This document shows, in pieces, positions 21,189 through 30,133 of a stretch of 64,000 nucleotides of DNA (positions are counted from its first letter, which is position 1; each line of letters begins with the position of its first letter). Below the pieces are notes generated by a model. It made no database searches. It saw only the letters and a list, made by a program, of their open reading frames with translations, and was not told the origin of the DNA. The DNA comes from an uncultured Clostridia bacterium (GTDB taxonomy: Bacteria > Bacillota > Clostridia > TANB77 > CAG-508): NCBI GenBank assembly GCA_947630065.1, contig CANRGE010000001.1, forward strand, positions 18,840 to 82,839, in the 5' to 3' direction. Both the position numbers and the translations under genes were made by a program.

Positions 21189-22904
21189 TTAAATCATATC
21201 TCCTATATTTAAGTCTTTAACAGTTTTAATTTGGTCTACTTCATTTTCAAAAGCATCTGTTATAAAAGAATTATTTTCAATATTATCTTGTGATTCTAAA
21301 TTATTCTTAATCATTGAGGTAAAATTGTTAAGTACTACATCTACACTATCATTTTTAAGTTTTTCATTATTATAATAATTTTCTAATTCAATCATTTCTT
21401 TAGTTTTTGTGATTTCAAAATCTATAATTCTTAATTCCTCTATTGGTTCATTATTGGGAGTAGTAACAAAAATATCTTCTCTTCTACACGTTCCCAAATC
21501 ATTATAGCCCCAGAGTCTTATCTAAGTCCAACGACCTCTTCTGTTCTTAAAAATATCTATTACAATATTAGGTTTATAACCAAAATTCTAACTAAATTCA
21601 GAAACTAATTTTAATTCTGATTGTGATGGTCTTGACATTATACACGCAAAATCAACTAAGTTTACAATCATTTTTGCGCTTTGAATTTGGTGATAATCTC
21701 TAAATCCACCATCTTCATTATCATTAGATATTTGAGTTGATGTCATAATAAAAGCATTTAATTCTACGGCAAGATTTTTTAAAGTTGTAGTAAAAAGTCT
21801 AAGACATACATATTCTGCTAAATGTAAATCCCTATATTCATTTAACATTGCAGGAGAGCTAAAAATGTAATCATAGAAAAAATATTGCACTCCTTTTTGT
21901 AGATTATAACGTCTAAAAAGATTTTTTATAACAGAAGCACAAGGGTCAGGAACTCTCACTAAATAAAAATTATCATTATATTTTTCCATGATTTGAATAG
22001 CTTTTGCTATTCTATCCGAATCAGCTAAATCAAAAGTACCATAAAGAAAACATTCTTCATTTATACCTGTAAGCCAAGATAAAATCATAGTTTGTATTTC
22101 AGATATATCTTGTTCTGTAGAAACATAACAAATTTTTTCACAATGTCCTGTTGCTACCCATTGATTTTCTATTGTATCATATCTAATTGGATAAGCTAAA
22201 TTACAACAATCTCCAACCATTGTACGTGATTTTCCTACACCACTTGATGCTGAACGTAAATAAAGTTTACCTAATCTTGCCCCTCTTGTAATTGTATTAA
22301 AAATTTCACCTTGAAGTGGTAAACCAATTTCAGGTTTTATTTCTAAGCTATTTAATAATTCTTTAACTCCTTCACCAGCTCTTACCTCCTCTATTTCTTG
22401 ATTAGAGGAATATTTATCTTCTAAAACAGCTACTTCACTCTTTAATCTATTTATTATATCATTAGGTTTAAGTTCATCAAATTTCTGATTTATTTTTGTA
22501 TAATCAGTATCTAAAGGATTCTCGCAATAAAATTGTGATATATCTCTTCCTGATTTTTGTAGCTCTCTTAATAACGCAAATTTTTTAAAGGTATTATAAT
22601 AATAATTAAAATTGCTAATTTCTGCATAAGTTTCACAATCCTATAGCATTTGTATACCTTTTTCATTTTGCATTAACTGCGCCGCCAAAGCGTTATCCTA
22701 TAAATATTGGTCTACATCTATTGTATGAATTTTTTCAGCACCATTGATATATAAATTATAGATAGCTGAAAATATATATCTATCTAATTGCCGTGGAAAA
22801 TCATTAGGTTCAATCTAATATTTATCTATATCATTTAAAATAAGTGGTTTTTGCATTAAAGAACCTAACACCTAAATTATTATTTTACGAGGTGTTTCTA
22901 TCAA
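21189..22904 (-). CDS. dnaB: DnaB-type replicative helicase (571 aa, 6 in-frame TAG)
   Basis: N-terminal ...(TAG)VLGSLMQKPLIL...FPRQLDRYIFSAIYNLY, Walker A LRSASSGVGKSRT, and C-terminal FKNRRGRW. TTG start 7 nt after GGAGGA. ORFs 21588-22220 and 21189-21497 are in frame. Confidence 0.85.
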
Positions 22905-23600
22905 TTATGATTCCTCCAAGTCTGAAAGATTGATTTCTTTCTTTTTCTTTTTAGTACTATAATATTGAGTTGGGTCATATACAATTGTAAATCTATCTTG
23001 CTCTAATTGTTTTTTTATTGCTTCTTCTACTTTTTCTCTCTTATCTTTTTCTTTTAACCAATAGGCTCTTGATTCATCATAGACATAAGGAATTATTCCT
23101 ATAGAGCCTTTTGATTTTTCAATAGAAGAGTGCTTAATTTCAAAAAAATATTTTAGAGTAAGTAATTGTGCTTTATAATTTATTCCTTTCTTTTTGAATC
23201 TCTCCATTTGAGTAACATTCCATGGACTAACTGTTTCACAATTAAAAAGTTTACAAATATAGTACCATAAAGCTTCTCTATCTTCATAATTCTTATCATT
23301 TTTTGTTAAATTTTCTTGTGTTAAAAATTTTTTTATAGTTGTTGTTGAAATGTGTAACTGTCTACTCACTTCTGCCATATTTTTACATTCGGCGTAAAGT
23401 TGATTGATTTTATCTATAAGTTCTGGTGTTATTTTTTGTTTATTATCGCTATTTTTATTTTCAGAAAATATTCCAGCAACTTTAAGATATTTACTAACTG
23501 TTGATACCGATATATTTAGTTCTCTTGCTACTTGTGATTTATTATGATATTCATTATAAAGTTTTGGAATTTTATCAATAATTTCTTGTGATAAAGCCAT
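22905..23600 (-). CDS. DNA-binding protein with two HTH repeats
   Basis: Duplicated YNEYHNKSQVARELNISVSTVSKYLK and YAECKNMAEVSRQLHISTTTIKKFL. No TAG. Confidence 0.5.
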   Translation of the reverse strand: MALSQEIIDKIPKLYNEYHNKSQVARELNISVSTVSKYLKVAGIFSENKNSDNKQKITPELIDKINQLYAECKNMAEVSRQLHISTTTIKKFLTQENLTKNDKNYEDREALWYYICKLFNCETVSPWNVTQMERFKKKGINYKAQLLTLKYFFEIKHSSIEKSKGSIGIIPYVYDESRAYWLKEKDKREKVEEAIKKQLEQDRFTIVYDPTQYYSTKKKKKEINLSDLEES

Positions 23601-23633
23601 AAAATCACTCCTAAAATTTTATTTTATATTTAT

Positions 23634-23662
23634 ATTATATCATAAAAAAGTAGAAAAGTCAA
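23634..23662 (-). promoter_or_regulatory. sigma70-type promoter, family copy 7
   Basis: Minus strand: TTGACT, 17 nt, TGaTATAAT. Confidence 0.6.
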
Positions 23663-23719
23663 TTTTTTGTTATTAAAAAGAAGTTAAAGGATTATTCTTT
23701 AACTTCTTAATACTCATTA

Positions 23720-24676
23720 TTAAATAAAATCATTAAATTCTTTTTTTATTCTTTTGATTTGTTCCTTAGAGAAATTTGAAAAATCTATATGAGAATTAAA
23801 ATTATCATAATTTAAAGAACGTGATACATCTTGTAGATGATATATAGCATAATTCCCCAATGCCACATTTTTTATTTCACGCTATTCTATATTTATTAAG
23901 CCCCAACTATTTAATAAATTAAGATATAAACGAATATTGGTATAACATATACTATTTGTATCACCATGACCCAAAATAAAACAAATATTCCTTATAGAAA
24001 AATCCTTATCATAAGGTATTGATGTTTTATTTAACTCTTTTAAATATAAGTATGTTCTTAATAAATCTATATTTTGACTATTTACCTTTGCGGGTTTTAG
24101 TAAAATTTCTGTAATTGCTTTATCATAATCTGTTGAAAAATTAGGAGTAATATAATAGTAATCACAATCTATCTTAATTAAATTATTATCACATAATTTA
24201 GCTAACGTATTATAAAAAGTTTGAGTACTTTTAATTCCTAAATTTTTACAAGTTTCTGAAATATTAAAGAAGTTTTTATTTATTCTTAAATTAGTCTATT
24301 CATCTGTTAAAATATTAGCTAAATTTATCATATAATAATATAATAACCACTATTTATTAGTTAATTTAATAGAGGAATTATCAATATTATTTTGACAAAA
24401 ACTTCCCTCGCCTCCAATAGTTCTATTATATCCATTTTTATAGCTATCATAGTAGCTAATCCAAAACTATTCTCTTTCATTTAACTATTGCTATGAACAT
24501 TCTTCTATAACATCAAAAGAAAAGTTATCTATTCTATTTACTTTCATATCCTAATATAAAGGATTATAAAGGTCTTTACATTTTTTATGTTCTCTCCAGC
24601 GTCTTTTAATATCAATAGATTGTCCTATATATACTTTTTTATTAACATTATTAGTAATTTTATAAATTCCTATCAT
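23720..24676 (-). CDS. free-standing GIY-YIG homing endonuclease (318 aa, 7 in-frame TAG)
   Basis: MIGIYKITNNVNKKVYIGQSIDIKRRWREH...NERE(TAG)FWISYYDSYKNGYNRTIGG. AGGTGA RBS. Absent from the ORF track because of TAGs. Confidence 0.75.
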
Positions 24677-24741
24677 TATTATTCACCTTATATAAAAAAG
24701 AAAGTTAAAGCCTATAAGACTCCAACTTTCTTTAGCTAATA

Positions 24742-24813
24742 TCACCGCAATTGGATTTGAACCAATGGTCTTGCCGTGAAAGGGCAAAGTCTTTACCACT
24801 TGACTATGCGGTG
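24742..24813 (-). tRNA. tRNA-Glu (anticodon UUC)
   Basis: Acceptor CACCGCA/TGCGGTG, D arm GTCAAGTGGTAAAGAC, anticodon arm TTGCC-CTTTCAC-GGCAA, T arm ATTGGTTCAAATCCAAT. Confidence 0.8.
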
Positions 24814-24817
24814 AGAA

Positions 24818-24888
24818 TTGCGGAACAAGGAGTCGAACCTTGATTTGAAGATAATGACTCTTCTGTCCTACCTTTAGACGATTCCGCG
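24818..24888 (-). tRNA. tRNA with anticodon CAU (Met, fMet or Ile2)
   Basis: Anticodon arm GAAGA-GTCATTA-TCTTC, T arm CAAGGTTCGACTCCTTG. The C1-A72 mismatch is like bacterial initiators, but the anticodon stem lacks the GGG/CCC run. Confidence 0.65.
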
Positions 24889-24889
24889 A

Positions 24890-24957
24890 ATTGCTATGTG
24901 AGGAATCGAACCTCACACCCTGTCTCGTCGCTAGTGTACTCCTTATACTAATAGCTA
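24890..24957 (-). ncRNA. aberrant tRNA-like element (no foldable anticodon arm)
   Basis: Canonical T arm GTGAGGTTCGATTCCTCAC, D-like GTAT-AAGGA-GTAC, acceptor TAGCTAT/ATAGCAA with one mismatch. Only about 19 nt lie where the anticodon arm plus variable loop should be, and I could not pair them. Confidence 0.3.
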
Positions 24958-25102
24958 ACCTTACTTCATGAAGTATTTTTCATATTAGAAAATTTAATTA
25001 TAATAAAACAATAAACACAAGCGTTCCAACAATTTGTTTTATCAATTTAACTTTACTATTTACTTTTAAAGGTAAGCTGAAAGTTATTAAAGCTGACCCA
25101 AG

Positions 25103-25176
25103 TTACGGTGGAAGGATTTGAACCTTCGGAGTGACGGAGTTAGAGTCCGCTGCCTTACCCGCTTGGCTACACCGTA
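25103..25176 (-). tRNA. suppressor tRNA, anticodon CUA (reads UAG), tRNA-Gln-like body
   Basis: TACGGTG TA GCCAAGCGGGTAAGGC A GCGGA CTCTAAC TCCGT CACTCC GAAGGTTCAAATCCTTC CACCGTA A. The anticodon is at 25141-25143. U1-A72, the D arm and the anticodon-stem GGA/TCC core match the tRNA-Gln(UUG) at 30050-30121. Confidence 0.85.
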
Positions 25177-25233
25177 ATAAATACTTTGAATAACAAAATA
25201 ATTAAAATTCTAAATTAAATAAATATATTATTA

Positions 25234-25851
25234 TTAAATTAAAATCCAATCTTCATCACTAATATTGTTAATGTCTTTCTTTTTACAAGGTAATCCTTCA
25301 TATTTACACCAATGTATAATTGTGTTATCACTAACACCATACATTTTACCTATTTTAACAAATGATGTAGTTCTAATTAAATTTTTTAATTCTTCTCTTG
25401 ACGGTCTATCAACTATTCTTCTACATTTTGCTACACAAGTGTTACATAATCCAGTTTTAGTTTTTTCATAAAGTTGCTTTCCACATTCAGAACAAAAATG
25501 TAAAGTTTTTTCTCTTAAAAGTTTTTTCTTCTCTCTTAATATGTTTGCATAATTCTCATCATATACTTTTTTCTATTCTAAATATTCTACAATATATAAT
25601 CCCGCATGAATTTCTCTATGACAATTAGCACAAACCAAAATACATTTTTTTAATTCTTCTAAATCTTTTTCTAAATCATGTGTGTTTCCTGTTGAAAGAC
25701 CATATTTTTTCTCTTCTGATATAATATGATGAAATTCTAATGCTGAATTAACCTTATTATATCCACATAAGCAACATCTCCCACCTGCGACTTTTACTAA
25801 ATTATCTTTACGCTTTCTTCTATAATTAGAAACATCTGTAGAACAACTCAT
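25234..25851 (-). CDS. free-standing HNH endonuclease with C-terminal HTH (205 aa, 1 in-frame TAG)
   Basis: CCLCGYNKVNSALEFHHI...KCILVCANCHREIH. The TAG at 25573 is followed in frame by ...HFCSECGKQLYEKTKTGLCNTC...IGKMYGVSDNTIIHWCK, ending at TAA 25234. Confidence 0.75.
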
Positions 25852-25871
25852 TATTCCTCCTTATAAATAAT

Positions 25872-25900
25872 ATTATATCATAATTTCTATAAAAAGTCAA
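25872..25900 (-). promoter_or_regulatory. sigma70-type promoter, family copy 8 (HNH gene and downstream tRNAs)
   Basis: Minus strand: TTGACT, 17 nt, TGaTATAAT. Confidence 0.6.
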
Positions 25901-25904
25901 ATAT

Positions 25905-26141
25905 TCAAGATTCCTCTAATGAAGATGGAATTACTCGTATTTGTGTTCGTGCTGTTACACTACATTCTTTTATATCAACTACCTTTACACGAGTGCCATA
26001 ACAAATATAATTATAATTATTATCCACCATTCTAATGATAGAACCTTTTTCTGGAATTTTCTCCTCTTCATTTAATTCATAATCATAAGTTTTGCCACGA
26101 AAAATCTTATTCTTATCTTTGAATTGAACAGTAATAAACAT
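25905..26141 (-). CDS. hypothetical protein
   Basis: Intact 78-aa ORF, AAGGAAG RBS, TGA stop. Confidence 0.5.
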   Translation of the reverse strand: MFITVQFKDKNKIFRGKTYDYELNEEEKIPEKGSIIRMVDNNYNYICYGTRVKVVDIKECSVTARTQIRVIPSSLEES

Positions 26142-26175
26142 AGATAACTTCCTTTCTGTTTTCTTTTATAATAAT

Positions 26176-26204
26176 ATTATATCATACTTTTTCCAAAAAG
26201 TCAA
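26176..26204 (-). promoter_or_regulatory. sigma70-type promoter, family copy 9
   Basis: Minus strand: TTGACT, 17 nt, TGaTATAAT. Confidence 0.6.
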
Positions 26205-26208
26205 ATAT

Positions 26209-26502
26209 TTATTTTTTTATTATTTGTGAAGAAAAAACCTCTTTTGTAATTTTTTTATCAAAATAATTCTTAATAAGTTGTAAGTTTTCTTCAATAAAAT
26301 CATTAACTTTCATAACAGCATCTATATCAACTTCACCCTTAGAACTGACTATTTTTATGGATTTATTGTAAAAAATATGAAATTCTTCACCGCTACTTCC
26401 ATATAAATAAAAATTTATATTATGACTACCTAAAACATTCGGCTCATCAAAAACTAAATCATACTTAAATCCTGTTGTTCTTTTAGAAAGGAAAACTCCC
26501 AT
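26209..26502 (-). CDS. hypothetical protein
   Basis: Intact 97-aa ORF with AGGTGAG RBS. Confidence 0.5.
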   Translation of the reverse strand: MGVFLSKRTTGFKYDLVFDEPNVLGSHNINFYLYGSSGEEFHIFYNKSIKIVSSKGEVDIDAVMKVNDFIEENLQLIKNYFDKKITKEVFSSQIIKK

Positions 26503-26507
26503 TTAAC

Positions 26508-27163
26508 TCACCTATTTAAATATTTTCTCTTTTCTTTGTTCTCATCTGATAATCCCATCAATACTCCTTCTCCATTATCAGCTACAAAAAATAAACGTTT
26601 CCGATTGCTTTCAGATATATAACATTTACAATTGGGTAATGCTCCCATCATATCAAGTAAAAATTGTGAATTAACAGAGATAACATTTTTTCCTAAAAAC
26701 CAAGCACCAGCAACATAATTTTTGGTTTCCCAGTATATTCTGCTTTATGAATTTTCACTGCTGCTTTTAACTCCTGTATAGAGGGAAGTTTAATCTCCAT
26801 GTCATAAGTACGTGATTTTTCTATAGTATCTAAGAAAAGAGAATTACTACTATCATCATCTAATTCCTCTAATTCCATGGGTTCAAAAAATTTTACAATC
26901 CTATAACTATCACAAATATATTGATTCCCATAAATTATTTTTGCACCTAATTTTATATTAGAAAATTCTGACATTTTTTTAGCTGATTTCAAAATACGCT
27001 TTGCGGCAGAGTATATTTTTGTGCTACCTTTTGACCGCATACTTTTTGTACAAATATCTTGTTTTATAGATGTTATTAAATTGTCTAATTCGAGCTTTGT
27101 TGCATCGTCCACTGTGGCAGTGGAGATTTTTACAAGTCTATTAAGCAATACTTCACTTGTCAT
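26508..27163 (-). CDS. hypothetical protein needing a -1 frameshift (or homopolymer correction) near 26719-26723
   Basis: Frame 1 starts at ATG 27163 after AAGGAG and ends at TAG 26693. The -1 frame continues ...NYVAGAWFLGKNVISVNSQFLLDMMGALPNCKCYISESNRKRLFFVADNGEGVLMGL to TGA 26508 with no start codon of its own. The shift site is CCA AAA ATT. Confidence 0.4.
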
Positions 27164-27189
27164 ACTATTTCTCCTTAACAAAATATTAT

Positions 27190-28119
27190 TTATTTTAAAT
27201 TTGCATTTCTTTCCCAAAAAATTCCATCTGCATATCCTTGAATTTTTTTATTTTCATCAGCCATTTCAAGTCTTTGTTCTGTCCATACACAATATTGTTT
27301 CTCTGCTTCAATGCCTAAATAATGTCTGTCAAGTTTCTTTGCAACAACACTTGTTGTTCCTGAACCTAAAAATGGGTCAAAAATTATATCTTTCGGATTA
27401 GAACTTGCCAATATCATTTTGGCAATAAGTTTTTCGGGCTTCTGTGTCGGGTGAGCAGTGTTTTCTGGCATCGACCAAAAAGGGATTGTTATATCGTCCC
27501 AAAAATTCGATGGGCAAGTATCACGATAATTGCTGGAATCTGTTTCAATCCAATCTTTGGGCTTTCCATCAACTCGATAAGGAGCAATAACCTTTTTGCG
27601 GATTTTGACTGAATCAAGGTTAAATGTATAATCATTACTTTTTGTAGCAAACCAAATGTCTTCCATTCCGTTTTTCCAGTTTGCCTTTGCACCACGACCT
27701 TTTTCTCTCTGCCATGTGATTCGGTTTTTGATGGTAAAAAATTCACCTAAAACTCTACCCACAATCAAACTCGTTTCCCAATCGCAGTAAACATATATTG
27801 AACCCGTTGGCTTTAACAGTGATTCTACTATTTCAAGCCATTTACGAGTATATTCTTCGTATTCAGTGTATTTTAGCTTTGTAAATTTTGTATTCCCAAA
27901 TACTTTGCTTAAATTATATGGTGGGTCTGCAATAATTAAATCCACACTTTCTTTAGGTAAATTAGGAATTACAGAAAAAGTATTCCCTAAAATGGTTTTA
28001 TCCAATACCGATTCAATATTTTGAATCGGTAAATCAACCTTGATACACCGTGAAAGATACTGTTGTCCTTCTGAAACAGTAGTATCAATTGTTTTATTCC
28101 TCGTAGATTTCTTATTCAT
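27190..28119 (-). CDS. DNA methyltransferase (N4/N6 family)
   Basis: DLIIADPPYNL, NTAHPTQKPEKLI and FDPFLGSGTTSVVA motifs. No TAG. Confidence 0.85.
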   Translation of the reverse strand: MNKKSTRNKTIDTTVSEGQQYLSRCIKVDLPIQNIESVLDKTILGNTFSVIPNLPKESVDLIIADPPYNLSKVFGNTKFTKLKYTEYEEYTRKWLEIVESLLKPTGSIYVYCDWETSLIVGRVLGEFFTIKNRITWQREKGRGAKANWKNGMEDIWFATKSNDYTFNLDSVKIRKKVIAPYRVDGKPKDWIETDSSNYRDTCPSNFWDDITIPFWSMPENTAHPTQKPEKLIAKMILASSNPKDIIFDPFLGSGTTSVVAKKLDRHYLGIEAEKQYCVWTEQRLEMADENKKIQGYADGIFWERNANLK

Positions 28120-28156
28120 TCTATATCACCTATTCATTTTAATAAGTATTTTGTAG

Positions 28157-28229
28157 TGCGCTTAGTGAGAATCGAACTCATACTCTCTAGATTAAGAATC
28201 TATTGCTCTACCTATTAAGCTATGGGTGC
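28157..28229 (-). ncRNA. tRNA-Lys(CUU)-like gene with three C-A mismatches in the acceptor stem
   Basis: Good D arm GCTTAATAGGTAGAGC, anticodon arm TAGA-TTCTTAA-TCTA, T arm ATGAGTTCGATTCTCAC. The acceptor is 5' GCACCCA against 3' TAAGCGC, with 3 of 7 positions as A-C or C-A. Confidence 0.45.
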
Positions 28230-28262
28230 ATTAAATTTGATTTTCTCTTTTTTACTATAATT

Positions 28263-28291
28263 ATTATAACATATTTTCAAGAGAAAATCAA
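28263..28291 (-). promoter_or_regulatory. sigma70-type promoter, family copy 10
   Basis: Minus strand: TTGATT, 17 nt, TATAAT. Confidence 0.55.
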
Positions 28292-28312
28292 ATTTTCAGT
28301 TTTTTTATTTTA

Positions 28313-28561
28313 TTAAAAATTTTCAATCAATTTTCTGCCACATTCTGGGCAAAATTTTGGAATATAATATCCTATATCTTCTCATTCGCCTCTACTTTCA
28401 TTCCATTTTGAAAATATGACTGTTGTTGCCATATTACTTCCAGATTTTATTTGTATATCATAGTCTTTTAAAGCTATACCAATTCCTATATAACTTAAAT
28501 CATTTTCTGGAGTTAATATTGACTCAACGGCGGCATTACAATAATATTTACAATATTGCAT
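28313..28561 (-). CDS. small Cys-rich protein with an in-frame TGA at 28382-28384
   Basis: The ATG overlaps the RNA ligase TAA (TAATG). MQYCKYYCNAAV...KWNESRGE(TGA)EDIGYYIPKFCPECGRKLIENF then TAA. The 22 codons after the TGA look coding (zinc-ribbon CPEC) but have no start. Confidence 0.4.
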
Positions 28562-29871
28562 TAAACACCTTCTTTCATCAATTCTTCAACTTCTTCTATG
28601 TCAGGTACTTCTGCTGTATCTTTAATTATGCCTTCTAATACCTTAAAGGCAAACGATTTAGTTTTATAAGCTGTAAAATGAGTTCTATTATCAATTCTTA
28701 CTACAACACCTTCAGTAACATGACTACCATTTGCTAAGGGTTCAGGTATATCCAAATATTTTTCGCATCTCTCATTTAAATCTTCCCAAGTTGTATATAA
28801 AAATTTTTCAACAAGCGGCACATATTCACAACCAAATCTTTCACACCATTTTATAGTTTCCTCTGTAGGTAATTCTATAGTTAATCCATCATCATTAGTT
28901 AAAGTTATACGATAGATATAACATTTATTTTCACCGCGGGCGCAACCATAAGTGAATATTGTTTCTTTTCCATACATTTTTTTGAAGTTTTTGTCTTTTA
29001 ACTTACTATTATCACACGTAGGCATTATAGGGGTATTTTCATCTATCCAGCCAACTATTTCTCCATATACAGTCATGCCTTTAGGCAATTTGTCAGCAAA
29101 AAAATTATGATATTTTTCACGGAATTTATTAGAGCCGTAAAAGCCACCATTAAAATTATCAAGAACAACACGACGAGTACCACTAACAACTTCAAATTCA
29201 GATTTAGTTTTGTCTTTTAAATGGAAAAGTTTCTTTAATATTTTATTTCTTTTTATGGTAGTAACCTTTAAAGTATTACTTACTCTAAAAGAAGTGCCAT
29301 GAAGCTTTCTGGTTATGTAGATAATATCATTTTTTTTGAAAGCACTTTCATTGTAAGCTAACTGTGCAGTGTCTATATGTTCTTCAAAGTAAGGGAAGCC
29401 AACAGTTTTGCGAGCTTCTTTTTTATTTTTAGCAATTTTAGGATTAGAAACATTAGATACTGTTTTACCGCGAGGTATATATTTCTGACATATAAGTTCA
29501 CCGTTAAGGACGGCAATTTTGTCGCCGTCAGATAATTTAGTTATGTCAGTATATTTTGCTAATACAGAAATAGGTAAGGCAAGACCATCAGATTTTTCGC
29601 CGCGAAGATTCAAAGCGCGTATGTTTCTTTTGTAAGGGTCAAGATAACCACCAACATTATTTCCATTTTCATCTTTCCTACGAACTAAATTGTTTTCGTT
29701 TGCAAATTTTTCACTAACTTGACCGTCAACAGGAAAATAAACAACTTTATCACCAACCTTATAGTCTAAACCAACTATAACGTTGTTGCCAAATATTTCG
29801 CAGCACTGTAATCTATCTGCATTAGAATGTTTGCGGATTTTATTTATAGTAGTTATATATGCACAATACAT
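28561..29871 (-). CDS. ATP-dependent RNA ligase (N-terminal OB-domain type)
   Basis: N-terminal INKIRKHSNADRLQCCEIFGNNVIVG...VVYFPVDG, motif I ITRKLHGTS, motif IV TEGVVVRID, motif V FTAYKTKSFAF. Sits between two tRNA islands. Confidence 0.7.
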   Translation of the reverse strand: MYCAYITTINKIRKHSNADRLQCCEIFGNNVIVGLDYKVGDKVVYFPVDGQVSEKFANENNLVRRKDENGNNVGGYLDPYKRNIRALNLRGEKSDGLALPISVLAKYTDITKLSDGDKIAVLNGELICQKYIPRGKTVSNVSNPKIAKNKKEARKTVGFPYFEEHIDTAQLAYNESAFKKNDIIYITRKLHGTSFRVSNTLKVTTIKRNKILKKLFHLKDKTKSEFEVVSGTRRVVLDNFNGGFYGSNKFREKYHNFFADKLPKGMTVYGEIVGWIDENTPIMPTCDNSKLKDKNFKKMYGKETIFTYGCARGENKCYIYRITLTNDDGLTIELPTEETIKWCERFGCEYVPLVEKFLYTTWEDLNERCEKYLDIPEPLANGSHVTEGVVVRIDNRTHFTAYKTKSFAFKVLEGIIKDTAEVPDIEEVEELMKEGV

Positions 29872-29909
29872 CTATTTCTCCTTTCATATCTCTCATCTTT
29901 ACTATAATT

Positions 29910-29938
29910 ATTATACCATATTTTGAAGAAAAAATCAA
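29910..29938 (-). promoter_or_regulatory. sigma70-type promoter, family copy 11
   Basis: Minus strand: TTGATT, 17 nt, TATAAT. Confidence 0.55.
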
Positions 29939-29966
29939 ATATTTTAATAAAAATTTTTCTTTTGAC

Positions 29967-30047
29967 TGCGCCCAGCAAGACTCGAACTTGCACGCCATAA
30001 GACATTAGAACCTAAATCTAACGTGTCTGCCATTCCACCATGAGCGC
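29967..30047 (-). tRNA. tRNA-Leu (anticodon UAG), class II
   Basis: Acceptor GCGCTCA/TGGGCGC, anticodon arm TTAGA-TTTAGGT-TCTAA, long variable arm TGTCTTATGGCGT, T arm GCAAGTTCGAGTCTTGC. Confidence 0.85.
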
Positions 30048-30049
30048 AA

Positions 30050-30121
30050 TTGTGGTAGCAGGATTTGAACCTGCGCATAATGGAGTCAAAGTCCATTGCC
30101 TTACCACTTGGCTATACCACA
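30050..30121 (-). tRNA. tRNA-Gln (anticodon UUG)
   Basis: TGTGGTA TA GCCAAGTGGTAAGGC A ATGGA CTTTGAC TCCAT TAT GCGCAGGTTCAAATCCTGC TACCACA A, with a U1-A72 pair. Confidence 0.85.
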
Positions 30122-30133
30122 AAATTTATATAA

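Noticed and set aside
24683-24916. Track ORF (77 aa, minus strand) across 24683-24916.
   Set aside because: It lies entirely over tRNA-Glu, tRNA(CAU) and the tRNA-like element, so it is a spurious translation of tRNA genes.
27021-27401. Plus-strand ORFs antisense to well-supported minus-strand genes. These include 1320-1502, 6435-6626, 7781-7981, 12563-12769, 15681-15863, 16932-17129, 27021-27401, 30183-30455, 30458-30742, 31394-31579, 43548-43775, 45189-45410, 46295-46480, 48204-48404 and 58768-59010.
   Set aside because: They have no RBS, Leu/Phe/Ile-rich shadow-frame composition, and each lies fully inside a conserved gene on the other strand.
28157-28229. Reading the Lys-like tRNA on the plus strand, where the acceptor would pair perfectly with three G-U pairs including G3-U70.
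   Set aside because: On the plus strand the T and D loops lose their conserved GTTCGAT and GG features. Only the minus strand gives a canonical cloverleaf core.
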